Source of the DNA: Malacoraja senta
Taxonomy: Eukaryota
Assembly: GCA_038087875.1 (NCBI GenBank)
Contig: CM075991.1
Location: 6,946,001-7,006,000, forward strand
DNA length: 60,000 nucleotides
Reading direction: 5' to 3'
The translations under genes and the position numbers were made by a program. Under the pieces are notes generated by a model that was not told where the DNA came from, searched no databases, and worked only from the letters and a program-made list of their open reading frames with translations. Of the stretch, positions 49,621-60,000 are shown piece after piece (positions within the stretch are counted from its first letter, which is position 1; every line of letters starts with the position of its first letter).

Positions 49621-51029
49621 AAGTAGTGAAATCAAGCTGTGCGGTTTATTTATTTCTTATTTTTCTTATCTTCAGGTTTCAAAATCCCTTTGTGTTTGGT
49701 GTATCAGAGAGGAATGTCGGATGTGTGTTAATTAATTTATGAGTAATATTTGAAAAAAAGTGACGTCAACTTTAAAAATTGCAGATCGTTTTTTTTTTCT
49801 CTCCCCCGCTGGTATGTGGTTCCCCTTTAAGTGAATGTTGAAAAACATTGGGTAATTGCCGCTTGCTCACATATTGCATACTCTCCGAGGTCATGGTGTA
49901 ATCTAATTTGGGCTGAATGAAATTCTTACCACATTGCCGCACATGGGAAAAGCCGCTCCACCTATTTGCGTTTCAGGAGCAAATTGTTTTGCTAGCCCAG
50001 CCAATTATGGGTCATGGGACTATTTTTCGCGTTCTCATATCACCTTGGTTTAAGCTAATGTTATGATTGGGCTGGTTCTTCTGGAGTTCAGAGTTCGCTG
50101 TTATAAGGACCTGCTTTGTGCAGGAGTTTGAACTGTACTGGCTGTGCAGTTTTGTTTTCCATTTGTTACACATCACAAGGTATTTTCCAGTTGAGCCCCA
50201 TGTGAAGGACTTTTAGATGGAAACAGAAAATGTCTTGAAAAACATATCAGATTAGTCTGAAAGAGAAAGAATGGTTAGTATGTTGGTCACAAACACTTCG
50301 ATCACACTTTAAGATTACCCTACCGTTTCCCTTTGAGACAAAGACCGACCTATGCATTTCTAATATTTCTTGTGTATACTGTATATCAGTTATTACAATT
50401 ATAAAGCTCGGAGGTGATGAAGAATGTGTTGGGAAGTGAATTCTCTGGTTAGACATCATAACTGCATTTGTGAAAGATTCCTGGTTAGTGTATCCAGTGA
50501 GATTGGTAATGTGAACGCATTTGTCATGTTCCTGCTTAGGGTGACCAGAGCAATTTGTCTCCTATTACTAGAAAGAGTTAGGTATCAGCTCCTTCAGTAT
50601 GAAACATTGGCAGGGATCTGAATGAGCTTGAGAAAATTCAAAGTGCTGTGATTATCACTGAAAGATCAACTCTTGAAATCAGTTTTAATTGGCAAAGTAG
50701 TTTTGCTGCTTTGGGATATTCAGCATAGGAACAAAATCAAGATGTTATATTGAGGCATGAGAGATTGCAGATGGAAGTCCTGGATGGTTGAGTGGTGAAG
50801 GGTTGGACTTAAGATATAATGAATGGACGAACATTCACGTGGGTTCAAACCTGGTAATTCACTAAGATTGACGTATATTTTTAATTCATATCTGATGATT
50901 TCAATCCAGTCAAATGTTCATATCTCCTAAAATAAATTATTTCTATTACCTTCAAAGTACATTAAATGCATAAAATGTCCCCATTCATACTCTGAGTCAT
51001 ACGGTATCAAAAACATGTTCTTTGGTCCA

Positions 51030-51150
51030 TTCTTCTTCTTCTTCGTGCACAGCCTAAAGTTGTAAGACAACTTATTCTGTTTGTGCACGGCAAGTTGATT
51101 GCATTCGTCGAAACAGGGTGGACCACGTGAAGGTTGCAATCCCCCACCCC
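51030..51150 (-). mobile_element. ~120-bp non-autonomous retroposon headed by an HDV-like ribozyme (copy 2)
   Basis: Ribozyme, 3' hairpin and (GAA)n tail; splits an older SINE-like sequence (tttggtcca|ttgtg). Confidence 0.85.
51097..51150 (-). ncRNA. Minimal HDV-like self-cleaving ribozyme (54 nt)
   Basis: GGGGUGG-GG-GAUUGCA-ACC-UUCACGU-GGU-CCACCCU-G-UUUCGA-CGAA-UGCAAUC: P1 7 bp with G1.U, P2 7 bp, P3 3 bp, J4/2 CGAA. Confidence 0.88.
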
Positions 51151-52358
51151 TTGTGTTTGTGCTACCATCAAACATCTACTTGTACCAAACCTATATTAAT
51201 CCCATTTTATTCTCTCCACAATCCCATCTACCTGACCCAGATCCGATTACTCAAGATAGACACAAAATGCTGTAGTAACTTAGCAGGTCAGGCAGCATCT
51301 CTGGAGAAAAGGAATTAGTGACGTTAACGGTTAAGACCCTTCTTCAGACTGAGATTGAGGGTAGACTCTATACTCATCGACACACTAAAGGAAATGGACA
51401 ATGGACAGTTAACCTACGGACTCAGACATCTTTGGGGGGAAATCATAGCACCTTAAGGAAACCCGCACAGACACAGTGAAAATGTGAAAACTCCACACAG
51501 ACAGCACTGAAAATCAAGCTTAAACCCAGGTCACTGCAGCTGTGAGGCAGCAGCTCCACCAGCTGGACCTTACATGGATAGGACTAGTTTGGAGGGATAT
51601 GGGCCAAAAATTGGCAGGTAGGACTAGTATAGCTGGGATATGTTGGCCGGTGAGAGAAAGTTGGGCCGAAGGGCCTGTTTCCACACTGTATTACTCTGTG
51701 ACTCTGTGCCTCACTTAGAGCATTTAAAAAAAACTTTGATTAATTATTTTAAATATGTTCTTCTGTTGAAATAAAGATTTCATTCAATATGAATTTCATT
51801 CATTCATTCGTGGTGCTGGCTCGATGGGCCGAATGGCCTCCTCCTGCACCTATTTACTATGTTGCTAATAAAAACAACTATCATATAATCTAATTCAAAG
51901 GTTTACGTCTTTTTTAATTAATCTTTGTTTTAACATATACAGTTGTTCAAATACTGAATGACAACTTTCCTCAACTTATGTTACATCTGCAAAACAAAGT
52001 TTTCTTTCTGTCAGTGATATCATAACATAATTTTGCGCAGTGTCCGAAATAATCAAAGCAAGAAAACCTTAATCACAAATGACCTAAAAAGACAAGCACC
52101 AACCAACAAAATCTGGAAAATATCATAAGCCTCTCTCTGCCCCTTATCTCATGATTATCTTTAAATCCCAAGGATTTGAGAGATAAATCTATATTATGTC
52201 CCTGGAATTCTATTGCCCTTATTCTCTGGATATGAGAAATACAGTCAGCATATATTTATTGTCCATTCTCCGTTACCATGGTGACAATGAGATTGTTATC
52301 AAGAGTCAAGAGTGTTTTATTGGTTATATGTACTGAAACGGAGCAATGACATTTTTAC

Positions 52359-52647
52359 TTAGTTTAGAGATACAGCGTGGAAACAGGCCCTTCGACCCAC
52401 CGAGTCCGCGCCGACCAGCGATCCCCATATTTTAACACTATCCTACACACACTAGGAACAATTTACATTTATACAAGGCCCATCAACCTACAAACCTGTA
52501 GATCGTTGGAGTGTGGGAGGAAACGGAAGATCCCGGAGTAAACCCACGTGGTTCACGGGGAGAACCCGTAGTCAGGATTGAACCTGGGTCTCTGGCACTG
52601 AAAGTGCTTTAAGGCAGCAACTCTACCGCTGTGACACCGTTCTGCCT
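52359..52647 (-). mobile_element. HE1-like tRNA V-SINE
   Basis: Head, V-domain and tail; flanking TACTTA duplication. Confidence 0.88.
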
Positions 52648-53509
52648 CTACTTAAAGCAGCACGACTGGTTTGTAAACACAGTACTCAATAAATAATGTA
52701 TTAAACATAAAACATTTTAATAAATAAAAAAAACGAATATAGCGTAAAAACAAACCAAAGTCTGAAGTTGCTAGTGTAACCCTTGGAAGTTCATAGTTTG
52801 GGCAGTTGGAGTTTGTAGTGTTCAATAGCTTGTTGGTTGTTGGAAAAAAACTGTTTCTGAATCTGGATGTTACAGTTTTCAGACTCCTATAACTTCTTAC
52901 GATGGCAGGAGTGATACGAGATTGTGGCCAGTGCGTTGTGTGTCCTTGATAAAGCTGGCTGCCTTTTTGAATCTGTGCTTCCTATAGATGGCTTCAATGG
53001 TGGGTAGGTCAGTGGCTGTGATGGACTGGGCAGTGTCCACCACTTTTTCTAATCTGCATTCCCGAGCTTTCGAGTTGCCGAACCAGTACATGATACAATG
53101 AGTTGATATGCTCTCTACTGTACACCTGTAGAAGATCAAGAGAGCATTCGTCAGTATACTGAATCTCTTCAATCTTCTCAGGAAACGGAGGCGTTGATAG
53201 GTTTTCTTCATGATTGCATCAATGTGCTGGGTCCAGGACAGATCTTCAGAGATATGCACGCCCAGGAACTGGATGTTGATGACTCTCTCTACCGCCGACC
53301 CATTGATGAAGACCGGTTTATAGACCCTAGGCCTTCCTCTTCTAAAGTCTACAATCAGCTCCTTGGTTTCACTGGCGTTCGGAGCAGGATTGTTATCATG
53401 GTGCTATTCAATCAGACAATCGATCTCCCTCCTGTACTCTGATTATCCATAATTCATCCAACATCGGTGGTGTCATCGACGAATTTAAAGATGGAGTCAG
53501 AACTGTGTC

Positions 53510-53898
53510 ATCATCATCGGCGGTCACTCGAAACGGGTATGACTGTGCGGGACTTTGTTTAACGTGGGGAGACTGGTGCACAGACAGCCACCACACGGTC
53601 CTTGACAGATCTGGGTCAGGATCCAGTGGCATGGAATCCAAGTCGACTGGAGACCCTTTTCTGCTGCAGCCTTCATCCACCTTCCCAGCCGTTGTGACGC
53701 TCCACTAAGGTCAGCCATCGTCCTCTGCCTGTTCCACCGTTGAGATCTTGGTTGGATTGCTCTTTATCACAGACCTCCCCCTCGACCTTACCGCCATGGG
53801 TGGCCCTACCAGGAGCATAGCTCCAGATGGCATCGCTCTCAGGATCTCAGGACCACACAAGCTTCTCCACCACGACAAGGTGACATTCCACGGAGAAG
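53510..53898 (-). mobile_element. Non-autonomous RTE-type element (5' UTR plus 3' tail)
   Basis: TSD (AG)TCAGAACTGTGTC (53495-53509 / 53897-53911); 5' CACCTTGTCGTGGTGGAG...GGGCCACCCATGGC resembles Rex3/BovB 5' ends; (GAT)n tail. Confidence 0.8.
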
Positions 53899-54066
53899 TC
53901 AGAACTGTGTCTGGCTATACACAGGCATGGTATAGAGTTAGTAGAGCAGGAGGCTGAGCAAACTGCAATGATCAAACTTTTGGATTTACTTTTACAGTTT
54001 GCCATGGTGGAAATTGAAGACATGACCAGCTTGTCCATTAGATACAAAATACTTTCAATACTTTAT

Positions 54067-54235
54067 GACACAAAATGCTGGAGTAACTCAGCGGGGCGAG
54101 ACCGTCTGAAGAAAGGTCTCGACCCGAAACGTCACCCATTCCTTCTCTCCAGGGATGCTGCCTGTTCTGCTGAGTTACTCCAGCATTTTATGTCATTCCT
54201 TCAATTTAACCAGCATCTGTAGTTCTTTCTTACAC
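54067..54235 (+). mobile_element. Penelope-derived fold-back mini-element with near-intact hammerhead motif
   Basis: Inverted 5' arm 54067-54094; CTGAAGAAAGGTCTCGACCCGAAACGTCA at 54106-54134. Confidence 0.8.
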
Positions 54236-54423
54236 CATTTTAATACTTTTTTCAGGTAGACTTTGAGGACAGTGCAGTTCACAAGGTGCATCATGTTTTT
54301 TATCTGCAAATTTTACATTGATAATATTGCTGTGGGTGGGTTTTGAACTTGAAAATGAGATGGTGAAATAATTTCTAGTGTTTCTTTATCTTTCGTGTTT
54401 TGGAGAGCATTATGTTGCAACTG

Positions 54424-54650
54424 AACATGGTGGCACAGCGGTAGAGTTGCTGCCTTACAGCAAAATGCAGCGCCAGAGACCCGGGTTCGATCCCAACTAC
54501 GGGTGCTGTCTGTATGGAGTTTGTACGTTCTCCCCATGATCTGCGTGGGTTTTCTCCGAGAACTTCGGTTTCCTCCCACACTCCAAAGACGTACAGGTTT
54601 GTAGGTTAATTGGCTTGTTTAATTGGCTTGATAAAATGTAAAATTGTCCA
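54424..54650 (+). mobile_element. HE1-like tRNA V-SINE, 3'-truncated
   Basis: A and B boxes, V-domain. Confidence 0.88.
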
Positions 54651-54884
54651 ATTTGGCGATATGCAGAGTATTGCCCTGCTGACTACAAAATTCAGAAGGT
54701 TCAGAAGGAACTATTCAACAATATCACATCAAGGAGATTTAATACTAAACCAAAATGAAATCTCGAATTCCATATTTCTTTGATTAGTTAACGGTCCACT
54801 TCTATATTTTGGCCGGTAATTAGTAAAAATTTTGCTATTTTCTTCACTGGATAACTAATGACTGTCTTGATATTTATTTTAAAA

Positions 54885-55190
54885 GCTGGAAAGGATGCAG
54901 AGAAGATTTACGGAGATGTTGTCAGGACTCGAGTAAGGGAATGGAGAACCAGAGGACATAGGTTTAATGGGAACATGAGGGATAACCTTTTCACACAGAG
55001 GGTGGTGGGTGTATGGAACGAGCTGGCAGAGAAGGTAGTTGAGGCAGGGACTATTGCAAGGCTTGAGTAACATTCAGACAGATACATGGATAGGCCAAAC
55101 GCAGGCAAGTGGGACTAGTGTAGATCGGACATGTTGGCCGGTGTGGGCAAGTTGGGTTGAAGGGTCTGTTTCTACGCTGTATGACTCTAT
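54885..55190 (+). mobile_element. CR1 3' end with internal deletions
   Basis: Peptide FTQRVVGVWNELAEKVVEAGT; tail. Confidence 0.8.
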
Positions 55191-55652
55191 GAGATAATGA
55201 AAAATAAATTACATGATTATGAAACTACAGACTATGTTTTCCTCTGAATAATATTTTTTTTAATATGGATCTTTTATGAGTCAAAATCTCTGAGTCAATT
55301 CTCAACTTGCCTTTTCTGATATCGGCTTTCCCCTGGGAGTTTGATGTTGTTCTAGCCTCTTTGGCAATTTCCTCTCATGAAACATTGCACCATTTTCCTG
55401 TTACTTCATCTCAATTTATTTCATACTACTGTATTTGTCAAGGGTTTTCCAAGAAGACCCAAATGGCCATTGATATATATTACCCATCTGCAAATGGGAT
55501 GTTGAAACATATAACTTGCTCCATCAGTTTTCACAGAGACAGTGAGAACCCCTCAAAATGTTCCATTGCAACATCGTGGATGTATTGACAAGCTTCCCCC
55601 CCCCCCCCCACCCTTTGAATGCTTCCCAAGAAATCTCCATCTTCCCAAGAGA

Positions 55653-56266
55653 GGGCAGTACGGTGGCTCAGCAATAGAGTTGCAGCCTTAAGGCCCTGTC
55701 CCACGATGCGAGTTTACCCAAGAGCTCTCCCGAGTTTAAAAAAAAAAATCAAACTCGTGATAAGTACGTAGAATGTACGTAGCGGGTAGGTCGGAGCTCG
55801 TGGATATCTCGTACCGGCTCGTAATGCTAACGGCAGGTACTCGGGAAACGCGGAAACTCGCAAAGTTTTTTCAACAGTGTGAAAAATTTCCAAGAGTAAA
55901 ACAATACTCGTGATGAAGTACCACGAGTTTGATTTTTTTTTAAACTCGGGAGAGCTCTTGGGTAAACTCGCATCGTGGGACAGGGCCTTTACAGCACCAG
56001 GGACCCGGGTTTAAACCTGATTACGGGCGCTGTCCGCATGGAGTTTGTCCGTTCCCTCCGTGACCTGCGTGGGTTTTCTCCGAGATCTTCGGTTTCCTCC
56101 CACACTCCAAAGACGTACAGGTTTGAAGTTTTTTTTAAATGTAAATGTAAAATTGTCCTTAGTGTGTGTAGGATAGTGTTAATGTGCGGGGATCACTGGT
56201 GGGTACAGACTCGGTGGTCCAAAGGACCTGTTTCCGCGCTGTATCTCGAAACTAAAATTAACTAAA
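55653..56266 (+). mobile_element. HE1-like V-SINE split by a Harbinger MITE
   Basis: SINE reads through gcagcctta|cagcaccagggacccggg. Confidence 0.88.
55691..55988. mobile_element. PIF/Harbinger MITE
   Basis: ~65-bp near-perfect TIR AGGCCCTGTCCCACGATGCGAGTTTACCCAAGAGCTCTCCCGAG; TTA TSD (55688-55690 / 55989-55991). Confidence 0.92.
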
Positions 56267-56446
56267 AAATGTTAAAACGCTTCCCCTCAGATCTCACTGG
56301 AAACAGGGGAAAGTTCAAATATATTTACATAACTTTACAGTGGATTTCTTTACCCAAAGTAAGATCAGAATTTTTTTTTAAATCTGAAGGATTCCAACCC
56401 AAAATGCTATCTGTCCATTTGCCTCCTCAAATGCTGCCTAACCTGC

Positions 56447-56746
56447 TAAGTTTCGATTAATTTAGATACACAGAGTTGAAACAAGCCCTTCACCAAGTCC
56501 ACACTGACCAGCAACCATCTGAGCATTAGTTCTGTCCCACACACGAGGGACAATTTATAGAAGGTAATTAACCTACAAACCTGCACATCTTTGGAATATG
56601 GGAGGAAACCAGAGCACCTGGAGAAAACCCACGCAGCCCCGGGGAGAACATACAAACTCCACACATAGAGTACCCATAGGTCATGGTCGAACCCAGGTCT
56701 CTAGCCAGTAAGGCAGCAACTCTAAAGCTGCTCCACTGTACTGCCC
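56447..56746 (-). mobile_element. HE1-like tRNA V-SINE
   Basis: Head, V-domain and tail. Confidence 0.85.
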
Positions 56747-56749
56747 CAA

Positions 56750-56920
56750 AGTTCCTCCAGCATTTCGCCTCCAGTTTATTTCCCGCCACCCCACCCCACC
56801 CCACCCCACCCCCACCTCTACTTTCAGTCTGAAGAAGGTTTCCAAGCTGAAACGTCGCCCATTCCTTTTCTCCGGAGATGCCGCCTGACCCACTGAGTTA
56901 CTCCAGCATTTTGTGTCTAG
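56750..56920 (+). mobile_element. Penelope 3' UTR fragment
   Basis: ctgaagaaggtttccaagctgaaacgtcg...gagttactccagcattttgtgtct. Confidence 0.75.
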
Positions 56921-57750
56921 ACACGTTCTGCAAAGTGGCCGTCCACTCTGCGTTTGGCCAGTGTTGGGATGGCAACGTCGTGAACATCGAAGGCAGTCTA
57001 CTAAATTGGAAAAAGTGCAAGTAAATCAGTTATTTATTTGGAAGAAGAATTGGGAGTTCTTGGATGTAAGCAGGAATGGGGTAGAGGGGCAGGGAAGGTG
57101 GAATGGGAAGGCAGAATGGCTGAAGAAGTGGAAGCCAAGTATTACCACTGTCCCACTGTAATCTGACTCTCTGCCCTTGGTCTTTTGCTCCTTCACTCTT
57201 TTGATGAAACTCAATGTAAGATTCGCATACAGCATCTCATCCCCTGCCATGTATACTAAAGTACTCAACATTGTTTTCAGCAATTTTGGGTAATTAGTCA
57301 ACGCATTTATATATCTTATATTACCAGTATTTAGATTTCTTTCCTCTCTCTCCTCAACATGTATCTCAGATTTAATTCATTTCATCACATTTATATCTCC
57401 TCGAGACACTGCTTTGCTGAACCACCACTACACGTTATCAATTAAGTGGAAAACCTAAGATGCGGTTAACAATTGCATGGACCTACATCTTATTCCTTCG
57501 TACTGTGTGCCACATTCCCTGATGTGGCAAGGAATTAGTGCCACGGATAGCCTTTCAACCCAAAATAATTGGTGATTTTCCTGTTCCAAGAATCCACTTC
57601 TTGGGAAATGAAACATCATGTTGCAAATATGGCTTCTTCAGAAGCTTTTACATTGCGTTTTTGGCATTGTGCGTTTTTTAAATTTATAAATTGCCTTTCA
57701 TAGCTTCAGGCAAATGTTCCATAACCAATGAATAATTTTTTTTCAGCGAA

Positions 57751-58030
57751 GGGGCGGCAAGGTGGCATAGCGGCAGAGAACCAGAGACCCTGGTTCGATC
57801 CTGAATACAGGTGCTTGTCTGCATGGAGTTTGTATGTTCTCCCTGTAACCTGCGTGGGTTTTCTCTGAGATCTTCAGCTGAGATCACAAGACGTGCAGGT
57901 TTGTAGGTTAATTGCCTTGTTATAATTGTAAATTGTCCCGAGTGTGTGTAGGATAGTGTTAGTGTGCAGGGATCGCTGGTCGGCGCGGACACGGTGGCCT
58001 GTTTCCGCACGGTATCTTTAAAACTAAAAT
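57751..58030 (+). mobile_element. HE1-like tRNA V-SINE
   Basis: A and B boxes, V-domain, tail. Confidence 0.88.
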
Positions 58031-59805
58031 AATTAAGCAGAACTGTTTTGGGGTAAGCGGATTCAATCTAATCTTCCCACAACACTGTTCCCTGTTTGCC
58101 TTCCTGACTGTCTCCGATTCCCAGCCCATCCACTGTCATTCTCCACCATAAATTGTGGAGAAGCAGAACTAATGAATCCAGTAGCAGCCTATAAGACCCA
58201 AACTAAAGGATTTTAATGTCTACTTTCGACATCTGCTAAAGTTTTTTTCCAGCATGAAATCACCTTTAAATATCATTCCAGTCTCAATTTTTTCCTTCCT
58301 GTCTCTGCCCATCCCCCCACCCCCCCCACCGCAAAAATAATGTGAGCATTTACAAATTTAAATGAATCTGAATTTCCTCGTTTGACTTGTCCTTTTTGTA
58401 AACTATTTTTCACTCGTAGACGATTTTCCATCCAGTTTCTGTCCATCGCTACTGCAGTAACAAGAAACCCTCATCAGCATCTGTTTCATGTAAGATTCAT
58501 AAAACCTATTTGTCCAGCCCCATGGACTGACATGTGCTGGGGAAATTAGGCATCTTACACAATGGACAGGCCCTCCCAAAAAATTGAATGGCTTTCTGTG
58601 CGGAAAACATCAAGAGCCTTTAGTGTTGAAAAGCATCAAAGCCTCCCAAGTCAATTCAATTTTGTCTTTCAAACATTTTTTTTTTAATCAATCGAGGGAA
58701 ATGATGTTATCAAACCTGAAACTACAAGGCTAATCTTGGAGGAAGAGGAGGGAGGATTTACCAACAAATCTTCTTAAGAGGGTTTCGCTGTGTTCCTGGC
58801 CAAAACTAGCTTTAATAAGAATCCTAATTCTCATTCTTGGTAAACAATTTAAACAGTATTTTTTAATGGTTGCTTACAGCCCAGTCTGGAGCTGAAACTT
58901 ATCATTCTGGAATCAATTACACTGAATAGGGTCAGATGGGTATTGCTCTCCCTTAGGCTATGAGTTCAATTTCATAATGGATTAATTTTCAATATTAAAT
59001 TATATGATCAAAAGATAAAAGAGACTTAAATAATGAGTCGGTTTCCATTTTGATATCTTTTTTCGAACAAGGTCAGTTTACTTTGGTTAATAATAATTAA
59101 ATTGAGCGATTTGGCTGTGCTGACGATTAAAGCCAAATGTAAGACTATATAGGACGAGAGGTGAAATTAAGTGCCACAGTCTGCCACTGAAGCTCTTTCT
59201 TTTTCTCTGTTGCTATTGTGATGTATCTCCTGTACAAAAAAAAAAGCAAAATGATCAAGGAAACACCAGTAATCATTTCTATGCAACACTTATTCAGATC
59301 TTTCAGTCACATATTATCGGTATTGTTTAATTATTGTCACGTGTACTGAGAAACAGTGATAAAAAAAATTTCAGTTTGCTATCTAGGTAAATCATCCATA
59401 CTGATTACAATCAAACCTTGCAGAATATAGTGTTACAGCTATGGAGAAAGGGAAGATAAAATAAAAAAGTGCAATGAGCCACAATGGGGTAGGTTGGTGG
59501 ATCGGGAACCACATCCTCAGCTTATGAGGATCTAGGTTATTCAGGACAACCTGTGCAATTATTGGATTGAATGTTAAACAGGCAAATGCAGCAACATCAT
59601 TCGACAAAGCAGGACCCCACAGGTTGAATTATACTGTAGTATTATTTTTGGATAATGGATGCCCAGTTTAATAGGAGACAGAGCCTTGCCCTTCTTTGAG
59701 ACATTTCAAAAGACCTGAGCCAAAGAATTAGCATCTTACATTCAGACAGCACCTTAAGCAGTATGACACAGCCTCAGCAGTGCAAAGCAGCAGTACAATG
59801 AAAAA

Positions 59806-60000
59806 AGAAGGAACTGCAGATGCTGACTTACCAAAAAAAGAACCAAATAACGGAGTTACTCAATGAGTCAAGCGACATCTCTGGAGGACAGGCGATTTTA
59901 CGGGTGGTCAAGATTTTTTCTCAGACTTTGTAGTAGGGAGGTGTGTAGGGGGAGAGAGCTAAAAAGAGGCATGGGGGGGGGTGGAAGAGGTTATAATTGG
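59806..60000 (-). mobile_element. Penelope 3' UTR fragment, running off the window
   Basis: aaggaactgcagatgctg...actcaatgagtcaagcgacatctctggag. Confidence 0.65.

Larger units (their letters stand above)
52299..53957 (-). mobile_element. Rex1/Babar LINE fragment with nested SINE and RTE-type insertions
   Basis: Peptides IFKFVDDTT, HISEDLSWTQH, RLRFLRRLKRF, FYRCTVESI; (CTCTTGA)n tail. Confidence 0.88.

Overview
Repeat-dense, non-coding vertebrate DNA. The repeat set (HER1/CR1-type LINEs, HE1-type tRNA V-SINEs, Deu-domain SINEs) points to a cartilaginous fish, probably a skate or ray (inference). I found no host protein-coding gene; every recognisable ORF is a retrotransposon remnant (CR1, L1, Rex1/Babar, RTE, Penelope). 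DNA transposons are also present: three Harbinger MITEs (TTA TSD), three hAT MITEs, one P-like MITE (8-bp TSD) and a 1.6-kb non-autonomous Helitron with internal satellites. There is a 200-N assembly gap at 30355-30554. The main signal is a set of small ribozyme-bearing retroposons. (1) Two copies of a ~120-bp element consist of a minimal HDV-like ribozyme plus a 3' hairpin tail (5002-5126 and 51030-51150, minus strand), with the 5' end at the predicted cleavage site. (2) A ~390-bp RTE-type non-autonomous element has an HDV-like 5' fold. (3) About 20 Penelope-derived minimal hammerhead motifs occur, several in TSD-flanked fold-back mini-elements. Diverged repeat boundaries are approximate. Whether these families are already catalogued needs a Dfam/Repbase search.
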